A stretch of DNA of 63,815 nt, the filler included. It is 6 parts of 6 records of this genome, joined end to end, with 100 filler letters (N's around TTAATTAATTAA, not from the genome) between each part and the next. Parts side by side here need not be neighbours in the genome. Positions count along the whole stretch, not along the records: positions 49,246 to 53,600 come from SRR20825010_1049; positions 53,701 to 59,775 come from SRR20825010_1054; 4 more parts are not named here. One strand, written 5' to 3'. Below, piece by piece: positions 49,438 through 58,903 of this stretch (position 1 is the stretch's first letter; each line of letters begins with the position of its first letter). The notes under the pieces were generated by a model that did no database searches, was not told the DNA's origin, and saw nothing but the letters and a program-made list of their open reading frames with translations. Made by a program: the position numbers and the translations under genes.

Positions 49438-50580
49438 GTGAGCGCGGTGCAGTCTGTCCAGCGGTTGCTGTCCATTTGCGTCCTGGTTCTCGGCATCCTT
49501 GCTGCCACCCTGTCTTCAGCACTCGCGCTGCCGCAATTGCTCATAGATATGCGCACCAATGAGGTGCTGTACGAAAACGAGGCCGGCATTCCTTGGCATC
49601 CTGCCTCCCTGACCAAGCTGATGACAGCGCTTATCGCGTTCGAGGCCATCGAGACCGGACAGGCTTCGCTGTCCACGCCCGTCATAACCTCGGCAAACGC
49701 GCTTTCGGCGGCGCCCTCAAAGCTGGGCCTGCCCGAGGGGACCGCAATCACGCTCGAGGATGCGCTCTATATCCTGGTTGTAAAATCAGCCAATGACATC
49801 GCCGTCGCCATTGGCGAAACCATCGCTGGCAGCGAGCCAGCCTTCGTTGACATGATGAACGCCCGCGCAGCGATTATGGGGCTGACTGGCACCCATTTCG
49901 TCAATCCCCACGGCCTGCACGACCCAGCCCAGGTAACCACCGCGCGTGACATCGCCATGATCGCGCTGACCATCAGGGCGCGTTTCCCCCAGTATGATGC
50001 ACTGTTTTCCACCCGCACCGTGGCGCTCGGCGATTCACGGTCGCAGTCCAACAACGAGCTTCTGACCGGCTTTTCCGGCACCGATGGGATGAAGACCGGC
50101 TATGTCTGCGCGTCCGGGCTCAATATAGTGGCCACCGTAACCCGCGGCGGGCGGCAATTGATGGCCATAACCTTGGGGGCCAGTTCTTCACGCGAACGTG
50201 GCGAGATGACCGCCCAGATGCTGTTTTCGGGCTTTGCCGGTGGCTATCGCGGCACGGGCCGCACCGTTAACGCCGTCGTCAACCAGCCCGGTCTTTTGCC
50301 CGTCGACATGCGCACTGATATCTGCGGCACCAATGCTTCGCAGTACACCGAGGAACGTGCCGAGATTTTTTCTGCCGGCCTTGATGGCCAGATTTCCTAT
50401 CTCAACGACACCATAGTTCCGCCCACTCACACCATTGCAACGCTTGGCCGGCTGGCCGACGTGCCTCTGCCCCGCCCCCGACCGGGAATACCTGACATCG
50501 CAGCTGGAAGTCCTGCCAATCAGAACCTTTCGGCCGGCTTTGGCGATTCCTCGATCGTGTCACTGACGCCCAATCCCTGA
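49438..50580 (+). CDS. D-alanyl-D-alanine carboxypeptidase (peptidase S11)
   Basis: SxxK in WHPASLTKLMT, plus SAND, NPHGL and GMKTGY. Confidence 0.93.
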   Translation: MSAVQSVQRLLSICVLVLGILAATLSSALALPQLLIDMRTNEVLYENEAGIPWHPASLTKLMTALIAFEAIETGQASLSTPVITSANALSAAPSKLGLPEGTAITLEDALYILVVKSANDIAVAIGETIAGSEPAFVDMMNARAAIMGLTGTHFVNPHGLHDPAQVTTARDIAMIALTIRARFPQYDALFSTRTVALGDSRSQSNNELLTGFSGTDGMKTGYVCASGLNIVATVTRGGRQLMAITLGASSSRERGEMTAQMLFSGFAGGYRGTGRTVNAVVNQPGLLPVDMRTDICGTNASQYTEERAEIFSAGLDGQISYLNDTIVPPTHTIATLGRLADVPLPRPRPGIPDIAAGSPANQNLSAGFGDSSIVSLTPNP

Positions 50581-50584
50581 GGCT

Positions 50585-50830
50585 TCACCCCGCAATTGGG
50601 GACTTGATCACAGTAAACCGGACGGCTTTACCCTCGTCGCGCGTATCGAGTGCGTGTCCCTCCTGATGGCAATAGAGGGCGATATCGATCCGCGCGATGG
50701 GATCGGTCGCCAGCACCACAATCGTCTCGCCCGCTTTGGCGCGCGCCAGCGCCTTTTCGAGCTTGAGGACGGGCAGCGGACATTTGAGTCCACGCGCATC
50801 GACAACAGTATCGCCCATATCTTTATTCAC
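50585..50830 (-). CDS. tusA: Sulfur carrier TusA/SirA family
   Basis: VDARGLKCPLPVLK and VLATDP. Confidence 0.9.
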   Translation of the reverse strand: MNKDMGDTVVDARGLKCPLPVLKLEKALARAKAGETIVVLATDPIARIDIALYCHQEGHALDTRDEGKAVRFTVIKSPIAG

Positions 50831-50945
50831 CGAGAAACGAGTACACGGGCAAAGCGGCTACACCCCAAGAACCCGTCAATTACAAACGTCAATGTTTATT
50901 AAGGATTAATACTGTAAGGTATTTCCCTCTTGGGGGAGCATTGCG

Positions 50946-51617
50946 ATGACACAGGTGAAACGGGCCGACGCCCGCACGAGCCGGCCCCGGTTGGATGACC
51001 GCCTTCGGCTTATGACCAATATGCCGGGACGATACCACCTCGAAAAGTGGCCCAGCACAAATGATAAGAAATCCTATTTCGCTTGTCGCGTGCAACGGAT
51101 TTCACCAATGACCATGTCCGTTGCCGCCCCGATCGGCGGCGATGTGGGGGATTGGGTGACGGCCCATTTCGAGGAGTTCGGTGTGCTGCGCGGCCAGATC
51201 GCCCGCCCCATGGGCTTTGGCTTTACAATGTCGCTCGATATGACCGATGAGGAACGCGAGCGCCTCGCCTCGCACGTCCAATGGCTTGAGCAGCACAAGA
51301 ATTACGAGGTTTCCGAGAACCGCCGCTACCGGCGCGTCACGCCCAAGGACCCCCAGTCAACCATCATTCTGGCCGATGGAACGATGATCGATTGTTTCGT
51401 GATCGATATTTCGATGACCGGAGCCGCCATCTCTGCCGATCTCGGTGTCGAAATCGGTATGCCGATGGCGCTGGGTACCGTGGTCGGGCGCGTCGTGCGC
51501 ATGCTCGACCCCGGCTTTGCCATCGAATTTCTGACCCGCGTCGATTACGACAGTCTCGAGCACAAACTCATCTGTCCCCGCGCCGAACTGCGCAAGCGCC
51601 TGCTGGAAGAGGCTTAG
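50946..51617 (+). CDS. PilZ domain protein (tandem PilZ-like)
   Basis: ENRRYRR and IDISMTGA (RxxxR...DxSxxG-like). Confidence 0.85.
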   Translation: MTQVKRADARTSRPRLDDRLRLMTNMPGRYHLEKWPSTNDKKSYFACRVQRISPMTMSVAAPIGGDVGDWVTAHFEEFGVLRGQIARPMGFGFTMSLDMTDEERERLASHVQWLEQHKNYEVSENRRYRRVTPKDPQSTIILADGTMIDCFVIDISMTGAAISADLGVEIGMPMALGTVVGRVVRMLDPGFAIEFLTRVDYDSLEHKLICPRAELRKRLLEEA

Positions 51618-51620
51618 CCC

Positions 51621-52109
51621 CTACCGAGCCAACAGCATCACCCAATGCGCGCCGTAGGCCGAATTCGGCTCGTACACGGCAGCGAACCCGGCGCGCCGCG
51701 CATCGCCCTGCGCCAGAACATCGGCATCGGCTGGACTGTTGCGCCACCCCGAAAACGTCTCGGCAAAATTGGTATAGCCCGCAGAAAGCCGCATATTGGT
51801 TGTGCCTGCCGGACGAGTTGGCGGGTTACCCGTGCTCGCATATTGCGCTGCAACACTCTGAGCCTGCGCATCGAGTGCCGGATCGGCGCTCAGCGGCGCG
51901 GCCCCGCGCACCGCGCGGTACTGGTTGATGATCCCCAGCGCCGCCTGCCGATCCATCTGAGCGCCCGGCACATTGATCTGACTGACAAGGCCCGGCGCCA
52001 GCCCACCACCTGTCGAAGACGGCGCCCCTGAGCAGGCGGCAAGCCCGCCGACGCAGAAAAGGGCAAGCGCAATCGCGCTCAGTCGGGTAGGGGCGAGCTC
52101 AAGGGTCAT
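51621..52109 (-). CDS. CAP (SCP) domain lipoprotein
   Basis: Lipobox LAAC. INQYRAVRGAAPL, AGYTNFAETFSGWRNSP and WVMLLA. Confidence 0.85.
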   Translation of the reverse strand: MTLELAPTRLSAIALALFCVGGLAACSGAPSSTGGGLAPGLVSQINVPGAQMDRQAALGIINQYRAVRGAAPLSADPALDAQAQSVAAQYASTGNPPTRPAGTTNMRLSAGYTNFAETFSGWRNSPADADVLAQGDARRAGFAAVYEPNSAYGAHWVMLLAR

Positions 52110-52192
52110 AGGTTCGGCCTCTCGGGTCTGGTCCAATAAAATATCTTGACGCCCTAAAAGCGCAACAAAGCCGCGAAATTGCGGCGCTTCCC

Positions 52193-52255
52193 TTACCGCT
52201 TCGTTAACCGTGCTCTCTCCTGCCCGAACCAAAGTCCCTCCGCCACGTTAACCAT
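52193..52255. promoter_or_regulatory. CtrA-like box plus TTAACCAT half-site
   Basis: TTAC-cgcttcg-TTAA at 52193-52207 and TTAACCAT at 52248-52255. Confidence 0.55.
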
Positions 52256-52298
52256 GCGCTCGATTGCCTGTGGCAAATGTTAACGAAACATTGCCAAC

Positions 52299-52313
52299 TG
52301 GCACGGCGATTGC
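52299..52313 (+). promoter_or_regulatory. Sigma54 (-24/-12) promoter
   Basis: TGGCAC-ggcga-TTGC with exact consensus spacing. Confidence 0.75.
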
Positions 52314-52388
52314 GACTTCTGGGGGAGCAGGGCACTCGATGCGTGCCAGAACGGGACACATGTCCCACTTTGAAACGGAACCGCGCAA

Positions 52389-52646
52389 GTGGATACGAGC
52401 AAGCCAGAGAAACGGACGATTTCGGGACACCGCCTCCCGGTCAGCCTTTCCGTGCCGCGCGCCAGACCGTCCCTTGCCGGCTCGGCGCCGCAGGCGGCTT
52501 TTCTCGCCCAATTGATCGACTCCGCCCGCGCCAGTACACCGGCCTCGCCTTCACGCGAATCGCGCGCCAGCCAGTTCTATCGCGCCATCGAAACAAGCGA
52601 TCTCAAACGCTTACCCATGGGCTACCGCAAATCGGTTTCGGCCTGA
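52389..52646 (+). CDS. Small hypothetical protein
   Basis: 85-aa ORF downstream of the sigma54 site, containing an AAFLAQLI motif. Its stop abuts the convergent gene. Confidence 0.55.
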   Translation: MDTSKPEKRTISGHRLPVSLSVPRARPSLAGSAPQAAFLAQLIDSARASTPASPSRESRASQFYRAIETSDLKRLPMGYRKSVSA

Positions 52647-52647
52647 C

Positions 52648-53052
52648 CTATTCGGTCCCGCCAAACTGCACGTCCCGCGCTGCGGCACGGATGGAAACGG
52701 TAAATCCGGCGATCACGTCGATCAGCGCCATGACCATCAGGATGAAAAACACCGACGTCGCGGCGTAGCCCACCAGCAGAAATTCCACGAGACAGATCAC
52801 AAACACTGCAGTCGAAAGCATGTGATCGACCACCGAGGCATTGCCGAACCGTGTCGATTTGAGAATTTCGCCAAACAGCAGCACCAGCGAAACAAGCACG
52901 AAGACGTCCCCCACGCTCAACGCCCATACGCCGCCTGAGACCATGGAAATGGTCGCGAGCGGCGACATCCAGGCCGCACCGTCGGCAAAGCCGAACAGCG
53001 CCATCACATTGTAAACGATCAGGGGCAGTGCCAGGAGCGGCGGCATAAACAT
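52648..53052 (-). CDS. Conserved alphaproteobacterial 4-TM hypothetical membrane protein
   Basis: EILKST...DHMLS...VEFLLV..AATSVFF...DVIAGFTVSIRAAARD. Confidence 0.8.
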   Translation of the reverse strand: MFMPPLLALPLIVYNVMALFGFADGAAWMSPLATISMVSGGVWALSVGDVFVLVSLVLLFGEILKSTRFGNASVVDHMLSTAVFVICLVEFLLVGYAATSVFFILMVMALIDVIAGFTVSIRAAARDVQFGGTE

Positions 53053-53118
53053 CGATGGGTTCCGTCGGGCAGGTGGTCTCATGGGTGCGACCCTGCCTCA
53101 AAACCCCGATTTTGGCCA

Positions 53119-53146
53119 GAAAAAAGGCCGGTCACCGACCGGCCCT
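53119..53146 (-). terminator. Terminator after fumC
   Basis: Minus strand reads GGCCGGTC-ggt-GACCGGCC-TTTTTT. Confidence 0.8.
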
Positions 53147-53149
53147 ACG

Positions 53150-53600
53150 TTACTTCTTGATGGTGATCGGCCCGACCATCTGCTCGGGCCGCACCTCGGC
53201 GTCGAACTCGTCACCGCTCAAAAGCCCCAGCGCAATGGCTTCCTCGCGCAAGGTCGTGCCGTTCTTGTGCGCCGTTTTGGCGATCTTAGCCGCGTTGTCG
53301 TAACCAATCTTGCGATTGAGTGCGGTCACCAGCATCAACGAATTGTTCAAATGCTCGTTGATCTTCTTGCGGTCCGGCTCAATGCCGATGGCGCAATTGT
53401 CGTTGAACGATTTGGCCGCGTCGGCCAAAAGCCTCACTGACTGGATGAAGTTGAACGCGATGACCGGCTTATAGACATTGAGCTCGAAATTGCCCTGGCT
53501 CGCCGCAAACCCAATGGTGGCGTCATTGCCCATCACCTGCGCCACGACCATGGTCATGGCTTCAGACTGAGTCGGGTTGACCTTGCCCGGCATGATCGAG
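53150..53600 (-). CDS. fumC: Class II fumarate hydratase, 5'-truncated
   Basis: [24 protein letters not shown] and [23 protein letters not shown]. Confidence 0.96.
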
Positions 53601-53700
53601 NNNNNNNNNNNNNNNNNNNNNNNNNNNNNNNNNNNNNNNNNNNNTTAATTAATTAANNNNNNNNNNNNNNNNNNNNNNNNNNNNNNNNNNNNNNNNNNNN
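53601..53700. other. Artificial contig spacer
   Basis: N44-TTAATTAATTAA-N44. Confidence 0.98.
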
Positions 53701-54333
53701 GTTCCACGAAAACAGGAAGGTGATGATGCCAACTGCCGACAGGGCCGGTTTGGACAGGGGCAGGGCAATCTTGAAGTATACGCCAAACCGTGAAAGGCCA
53801 TCCATCCGTCCGGCTTCTTCAAGCTCTTTGGGCAGAGCCAGAAAATACTGGCGCATCAGGAAGGTTGCCATCACTCCTTGAGACCCAAAAAGCGGCAGCA
53901 GGATAAGCGGCATATGGCTATTCATCAGACCCAGCTCTTTCATCAGAAAGAAGTTGGGAATGATGGTAACCTCTTCGGGCATCATCAAAGCCGATATCAG
54001 GACCAGCAAGATGAAGGCACTGCCGCCAAAGCGCAGGCGTGCTAGTGCATATCCCGCCATTGACGAGATGAACAATGTCGCGATGGTGACAACAATCGCT
54101 ATATAGAGCGAATTGAAATACTGTCTGGCGAAAGGTTGATAGGCGAAAACCTCTGAAAAGTTTGACCAGTGCATCTTCGCCGGAACAAGCGACGATGATG
54201 CAAAGACATCGGTTTGTCCCTTAAGCGCGCCCGACAGCATCCACAAGAAGGGAAACACAAAAGGAATGGCAAGTGCGCAAAGGCCAACAATCCAGCATAT
54301 GCGTGTGATTTTCTGCTGCGTTCTGTAGTTCAT
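53701..54333 (-). CDS. Carbohydrate ABC transporter permease (MalG-like), 3'-truncated
   Basis: SMAGYALARL and EAA motif LPKELEEAGRMDG. Confidence 0.92.
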
Positions 54334-55229
54334 TTGCGGGAGGCCTTCAGTAACATCTGCAGGATCGTAAGCATCAGAATCAGAGCGAACAGGACAACAG
54401 CAAGGGCCGCGGCATATCCGGTATTGAAGAACTTGAAGCCTTGTTCGTAGATGTAAAAAGCCAGAACCATCGTGCCGTTCTGTGGGCCGCCACCGGTCAT
54501 CAGGTAAATGTGATCAAAGACCTTGAGCGACCCGACAACCGTAATCACCATGATGACAAGCGTGGTCGGAGCGAGGAGCGGCCAGGTGATGCGGCGGAAA
54601 ATTTCCCAGCCATTTGCGCCTTCAAGTCTTGCGGCTTCCTCGTAATCGCGGGGAATGGATTGAAGAGCCGCGATGTAGAGGATCATGTTCAGTCCCACGG
54701 TCTTGAGAACACGGGTGAAGATGATCGATACCATTGCCCAGTCAGGCTCATGCAGCCAGTTGGGGCCATCAATGCCAAAAATCGAAAGTCCCTGATTGAC
54801 CGCGCCACTTTCGTGCTGAAGCAGGAAAGTCCAGATAATGGCCCAAGCAACAGCTGATGTGATGACAGGCGCGAAAAAGACTGTTCGGGAAAATACCGCA
54901 CCTGGTCGCGATTTTGACAGGGCAAGTGCCAAACCCAGCGCCATGGCCATGTTGAGCGGAACCAGCCCGGCAGCAAAGACCAGAGAGTTCATCAGAACAT
55001 CCCAGAAGGTTTCATTGCGGGTTAATGCATCGACATAGTTTGCCATGCCGACAAACCGCGATTGCTGACTGAGCAGGTTCCATTCGGTCGTGCTGTAATA
55101 AAAAACGGCGATTAGCGGACCGACAAAGAATATCAGAAACCCCGTCAGGATCGGACTTACGAAAAGCCATCCGGTTATTGCCTCTCTGGTCTTGAGCGAG
55201 AGGGATGGCCCCTTTCGGACAGCGGACAT
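54330..55229 (-). CDS. Carbohydrate ABC transporter permease (MalF-like)
   Basis: FVGMANY, ALQSIPRDYEEAARLEGA and MTGGGP. Start MSAVRKG behind an AAGGAAG RBS. Confidence 0.92.
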   Translation of the reverse strand: MSAVRKGPSLSLKTREAITGWLFVSPILTGFLIFFVGPLIAVFYYSTTEWNLLSQQSRFVGMANYVDALTRNETFWDVLMNSLVFAAGLVPLNMAMALGLALALSKSRPGAVFSRTVFFAPVITSAVAWAIIWTFLLQHESGAVNQGLSIFGIDGPNWLHEPDWAMVSIIFTRVLKTVGLNMILYIAALQSIPRDYEEAARLEGANGWEIFRRITWPLLAPTTLVIMVITVVGSLKVFDHIYLMTGGGPQNGTMVLAFYIYEQGFKFFNTGYAAALAVVLFALILMLTILQMLLKASRK

Positions 55230-55263
55230 GTTCGCTTCCTTCGAAGGGAGGTTGGGTGGTTTT

Positions 55264-55300
55264 CCTGCCATCGCTGCGCAGTACTCGCAGCGATGGCAGG
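55264..55300. other. Intercistronic perfect 15-bp stem-loop
   Basis: CCTGCCATCGCTGCG-cagtact-CGCAGCGATGGCAGG between the SBP and the permease. Confidence 0.8.
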
Positions 55301-55331
55301 CTTCGGCAAAGATTTCGGGACACACCCGTCG

Positions 55332-56591
55332 TCAGAGAAGCGGCGAAATGCTGCTGCAGAGCTTTTTCAGGGTTGCAGCAACATCAGCATCCTTGGACCA
55401 AAGCGCGTCAAAGTTGGGCCGCGCTTCTGCTTCGATTTGCGGGAAACGCTGATGGCTTGGCAGCACCGATCCGTTTTCGATGCCCTGAGCAACAAACTTC
55501 ATCTGCTCGGGGGTGACTGCACCATTGCTGGTCAGGAAGCTTTCAGCTTCCAGAACCGATTTACGTGCTGGCGGGAAGAAGGCAGCCATTTTGGCAACGT
55601 TCTCCTTATTGGTCATATGGGCAAGGAATTCGGCGGCCAGTTCCTTGTGTTTGCCTTGTGCGAAGGCGACCACAGCGGCCTGCCCAACGGTTGCAGCATC
55701 GCCAGCCGGACCAGATGGGAGCGGAGCAAGGCCCCATTCAAAGGCTGCCTCAGATAGTTTGGAAACACGCGAAATCTGGGTCATGGTCAACGCTGCATTT
55801 CCCGAGAAGAAATCACCCTGTTCACCGGGCGGGACCGTAGAGCCATCTGTGTAAACCATGTCATGGAATAGCTGTACGGCTTGGGCCGCAAGAGAGCTGT
55901 CAAGTTTACAGCTATCACCTTCCCAGGCCGAACCGCCATATGCGCGAATGATCGGGACAAGGGTATGCCAGACACGGCTTCCATATCCTTGGCCGTCAAA
56001 GGTTTCAAAGCCCCAGATGCCCGAAGATGCATCACGTAGATCCTTGGCATCGGCTCTGAGTTGTTCCCAGGTCCACGTACCGTCCTTTACTCGCTGGTCG
56101 GGTGTTTCGAGGCCTGCTGCATCATAGAGCGATTTGTTGAAATAGATCAGAAACGGCGAGGTCGAAAAGGGAATGCCATAAGTCGCATCGCTTGTTTCCC
56201 AAAGTCCCATGGCTGGCAGGGAAAAGTCAGCGTAATCATAACCATCTGTCGACTTGAGCGTTTCGGCTACGTCGGCAAGGGCACCCGCTTCAACAAAGGC
56301 AGGTGCGGAATTTTCCAGAAGCCACCCAAGATCAGGAGGATTGCCACCTGCCATTTGCAGGGTGATTTTCTGAACATAATCACCAAACGGGATCGTATCG
56401 AAACGCACGGTTACATCCGGATGTGTGGCGGTGAAACTATCGGCAATTTCACCAAGCATCTTGAGGTGGGCCTCGCTTCCGGTCCAAACCGTAAACCTCA
56501 GTTCTTCAGCTATGGCTGTGTTGGCAACAAATCCGAGCGACGCCGATATTGCTGCTGAGAAAATTAAGCGCTTAATCACAAAGTCAGACAT
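55332..56591 (-). CDS. Sugar ABC transporter substrate-binding protein
   Basis: Signal peptide, AGGNPPDL, YGIPF, YFNKSLYDAAGLETP and WTWEQL. Confidence 0.92.
   Translation of the reverse strand: MSDFVIKRLIFSAAISASLGFVANTAIAEELRFTVWTGSEAHLKMLGEIADSFTATHPDVTVRFDTIPFGDYVQKITLQMAGGNPPDLGWLLENSAPAFVEAGALADVAETLKSTDGYDYADFSLPAMGLWETSDATYGIPFSTSPFLIYFNKSLYDAAGLETPDQRVKDGTWTWEQLRADAKDLRDASSGIWGFETFDGQGYGSRVWHTLVPIIRAYGGSAWEGDSCKLDSSLAAQAVQLFHDMVYTDGSTVPPGEQGDFFSGNAALTMTQISRVSKLSEAAFEWGLAPLPSGPAGDAATVGQAAVVAFAQGKHKELAAEFLAHMTNKENVAKMAAFFPPARKSVLEAESFLTSNGAVTPEQMKFVAQGIENGSVLPSHQRFPQIEAEARPNFDALWSKDADVAATLKKLCSSISPLL
56563..56576. promoter_or_regulatory. Putative LacI operator inside the 5' end of the SBP gene
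   Basis: Perfect palindrome ATTAAGCGCTTAAT, matching the arms at 57680-57723. Confidence 0.65.
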
Positions 56592-56620
56592 ATCCTACTT
56601 CCTCCCGATTATCGTTGGAT

Positions 56621-57661
56621 TTAGATTTTTGTAAGCGTAGTGCCTGGGACGAGGCCACATGGAAGTGTGGCTTTGATAGCGGCGTTATTCGGATTGCCGA
56701 TCCGCGAAATAAGGTTGCGAACGGCCAGTTCACCCATTTCTTCACGCGGAACCGAAATACGCGTCCAGCGTTCGACATCGGCTGATCGATTCAGAGGTGC
56801 AGCAAGTGCAACAATGGAAATGGTTTCCGGAATGCTTCCATGCTGCGCGACGACCTGCTGTTCCAGTGCCACGGCATGTTTGAATGTTTCGGTCAAAACG
56901 ACTGTGTTGCCGCCATCAAGACATGAGCGAAGCCATTCGGAATTGATTTCTTCTGCAGCCAAACGTTCGACGGAAAGCTTCAAGCCGCTACCCTGTTTCT
57001 TCAGAAAACCAGCTTCGCGGTCCGCATTCTGTTCACGAACCTTGGTCGCACCAACAAATTTAAGCGTGCGATGGCCATATTCAGCGCAGAGGTCCACTAC
57101 GTCGGAAACCGCTGCTGTGTAATCAGCAGCAACCCAGTCCAGATCCGCGTCCTTGGTATCGCGGCGTCCGATAGTGACGAATGGGAAACCCGTATCATGG
57201 AGCCGTTTGAGTTCGCTTTTATCCGGTTCCTCCCCCAGCAGGATTGCGCCGTCCGCAATACCCATTCTGTTGGCCCCGTTGGGGAAAATGCTGCGTGGGC
57301 CCTGCTCGAATGAGGATGAGGTAAACAGCAGTAGGTCTTGCCCAAGCTGCATTGCACCGCGTTCGATACCAAGCAGGAACGGATAGAAGAAGTTCTCGCT
57401 GTCAGACGGAAAAATTGCTTCATAGGTGAAAACACCAACGATGTTGCGTTTTCCACCTGCAAGGGACTGAGCCACGACGTTTGGCGCGTAGCCTAGCGCT
57501 TCCATAGCATCACGAACGCGCTTTTCCGCATCCTTGCCAACACGGATTGTTTTGCCGGGTTTCGAAGAGATTACAGCAGACACGACAGCCGTAGATACGC
57601 CGGCCATAGCGGCAACGTCGCTTTGCGTAGCGCGTTTGATACGACTATGCCTTGTGGTCAC
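56621..57661 (-). CDS. LacI family transcriptional regulator
   Basis: ATQSDVAAMAGVSTAVVSAVI, LGYAPNVVAQSL and PFVTIGR. Confidence 0.92.
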   Translation of the reverse strand: MTTRHSRIKRATQSDVAAMAGVSTAVVSAVISSKPGKTIRVGKDAEKRVRDAMEALGYAPNVVAQSLAGGKRNIVGVFTYEAIFPSDSENFFYPFLLGIERGAMQLGQDLLLFTSSSFEQGPRSIFPNGANRMGIADGAILLGEEPDKSELKRLHDTGFPFVTIGRRDTKDADLDWVAADYTAAVSDVVDLCAEYGHRTLKFVGATKVREQNADREAGFLKKQGSGLKLSVERLAAEEINSEWLRSCLDGGNTVVLTETFKHAVALEQQVVAQHGSIPETISIVALAAPLNRSADVERWTRISVPREEMGELAVRNLISRIGNPNNAAIKATLPCGLVPGTTLTKI

Positions 57662-57679
57662 GAAGCTTTCTCCAGGCTG

Positions 57680-57723
57680 GCTTGATTATACGCTTAATTT
57701 AATGATTAAGCGTATAATCAAGC
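57680..57723. promoter_or_regulatory. Double LacI-type operator forming a perfect 19-bp inverted repeat
   Basis: GCTTGATTATACGCTTAAT-ttaatg-ATTAAGCGTATAATCAAGC. Confidence 0.75.
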
Positions 57724-57864
57724 GGGAAGGCTCTGTCAATGCCGTAACTAACTTCAAGTTTCGAGTTGGAGTCTGGTTCTCTGAAGGTGCTATAGCGTTT
57801 TACAATCGCCGATCTCTTTTCATTCTGAACTCGATACTCCGGCAACGTGTTTTGAGAATAGGCA

Positions 57865-58764
57865 TCAGGGTGACAATTCCCCCAGCGCATGTGCCAATTG
57901 CATTGCAAATCTGGCGGATGCGACGGGCAGGGTACGTCCACGCATCTGGCCGAGAATAAGACTGCCCGCTGGCAGATCTCGTTCCGAGATCGGACGGTTG
58001 ATCAGGATGCCATTTTCTTCCGTTCGAAGGCCGATCGGAATTTGGAACCCGATCACATTCTCATGCATTACATAGTGCCGGATCAGTTCGAAGCTTTCGG
58101 TTTCAATAACAGGCGACATCTGTCGGGAATTACGGCGGGCGGCAAAATCCAGCAAGTGGCGGACACCAAACCGGTGGGTCGGTGCGACATGGGGAATGTT
58201 CAGGCAATCGCGCAAACGAATTTCCGGTTTGGTTGCCAGGGGATGATCAGAGCGCATCACCACGTTAACCGTTTGCGGGATCGTGTGGATGACTTCAAAA
58301 TCGACAAGGTATACGGGCTCAAACACCAGAGCCAGATCGCTTGAATAACTTGCCAGTTCCTGTTCGGCTTGCGCCCGATCACGGATATTGACGCTGAATG
58401 TTACACCGGGGTGATCCTTGCGGTATTCGGCGATCTGCCGGGGCAGGAAATAGGGCAAAAGAGCCTGAGAGCAGGCAATCGAGATATGGCCGCGCCGTTC
58501 CCCGGAAAGGTCGGCGACCTGCCCGTGCACGCGTTCCAGATCGGATGCCATTGCCCGATAATGGTGCAAAAGGAGTTCGCCTGCCGGATTAAGTCGCACC
58601 CCGCTGGGCAGTCTTTCAAACAGTTCTGTCCCAAATTCATCCTCGAACCCGTTAATCCGCCGGTTCAAGGCCGAAGCTGTGAGGTTCATATCTTCGGCAG
58701 CCTTGCGCATTGATCCTGCGCGGGCAACGGCCTCAATCAATCGGAAGGTTTGCAGATGCCGCAT
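57865..58764 (-). CDS. LysR family transcriptional regulator
   Basis: RAGSMRKAAEDMNLTASALNRRI...LFERLPSGVRLNPAGE. Start reassigned to MRHLQTF. Confidence 0.92.
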   Translation of the reverse strand: MRHLQTFRLIEAVARAGSMRKAAEDMNLTASALNRRINGFEDEFGTELFERLPSGVRLNPAGELLLHHYRAMASDLERVHGQVADLSGERRGHISIACSQALLPYFLPRQIAEYRKDHPGVTFSVNIRDRAQAEQELASYSSDLALVFEPVYLVDFEVIHTIPQTVNVVMRSDHPLATKPEIRLRDCLNIPHVAPTHRFGVRHLLDFAARRNSRQMSPVIETESFELIRHYVMHENVIGFQIPIGLRTEENGILINRPISERDLPAGSLILGQMRGRTLPVASARFAMQLAHALGELSP

Positions 58765-58903
58765 GGGTTGCATTTTCCTGATGATGCAAATGGTGGTGCA
58801 TTTTTTGCAACGGATTGGTGAAATCATAGCAATTTTCGCGAACGCGAAAAACTGCAAACTATCAGGATTACATCCAATCATGCTGCTCATGGGGGTTTTG
58901 GCG

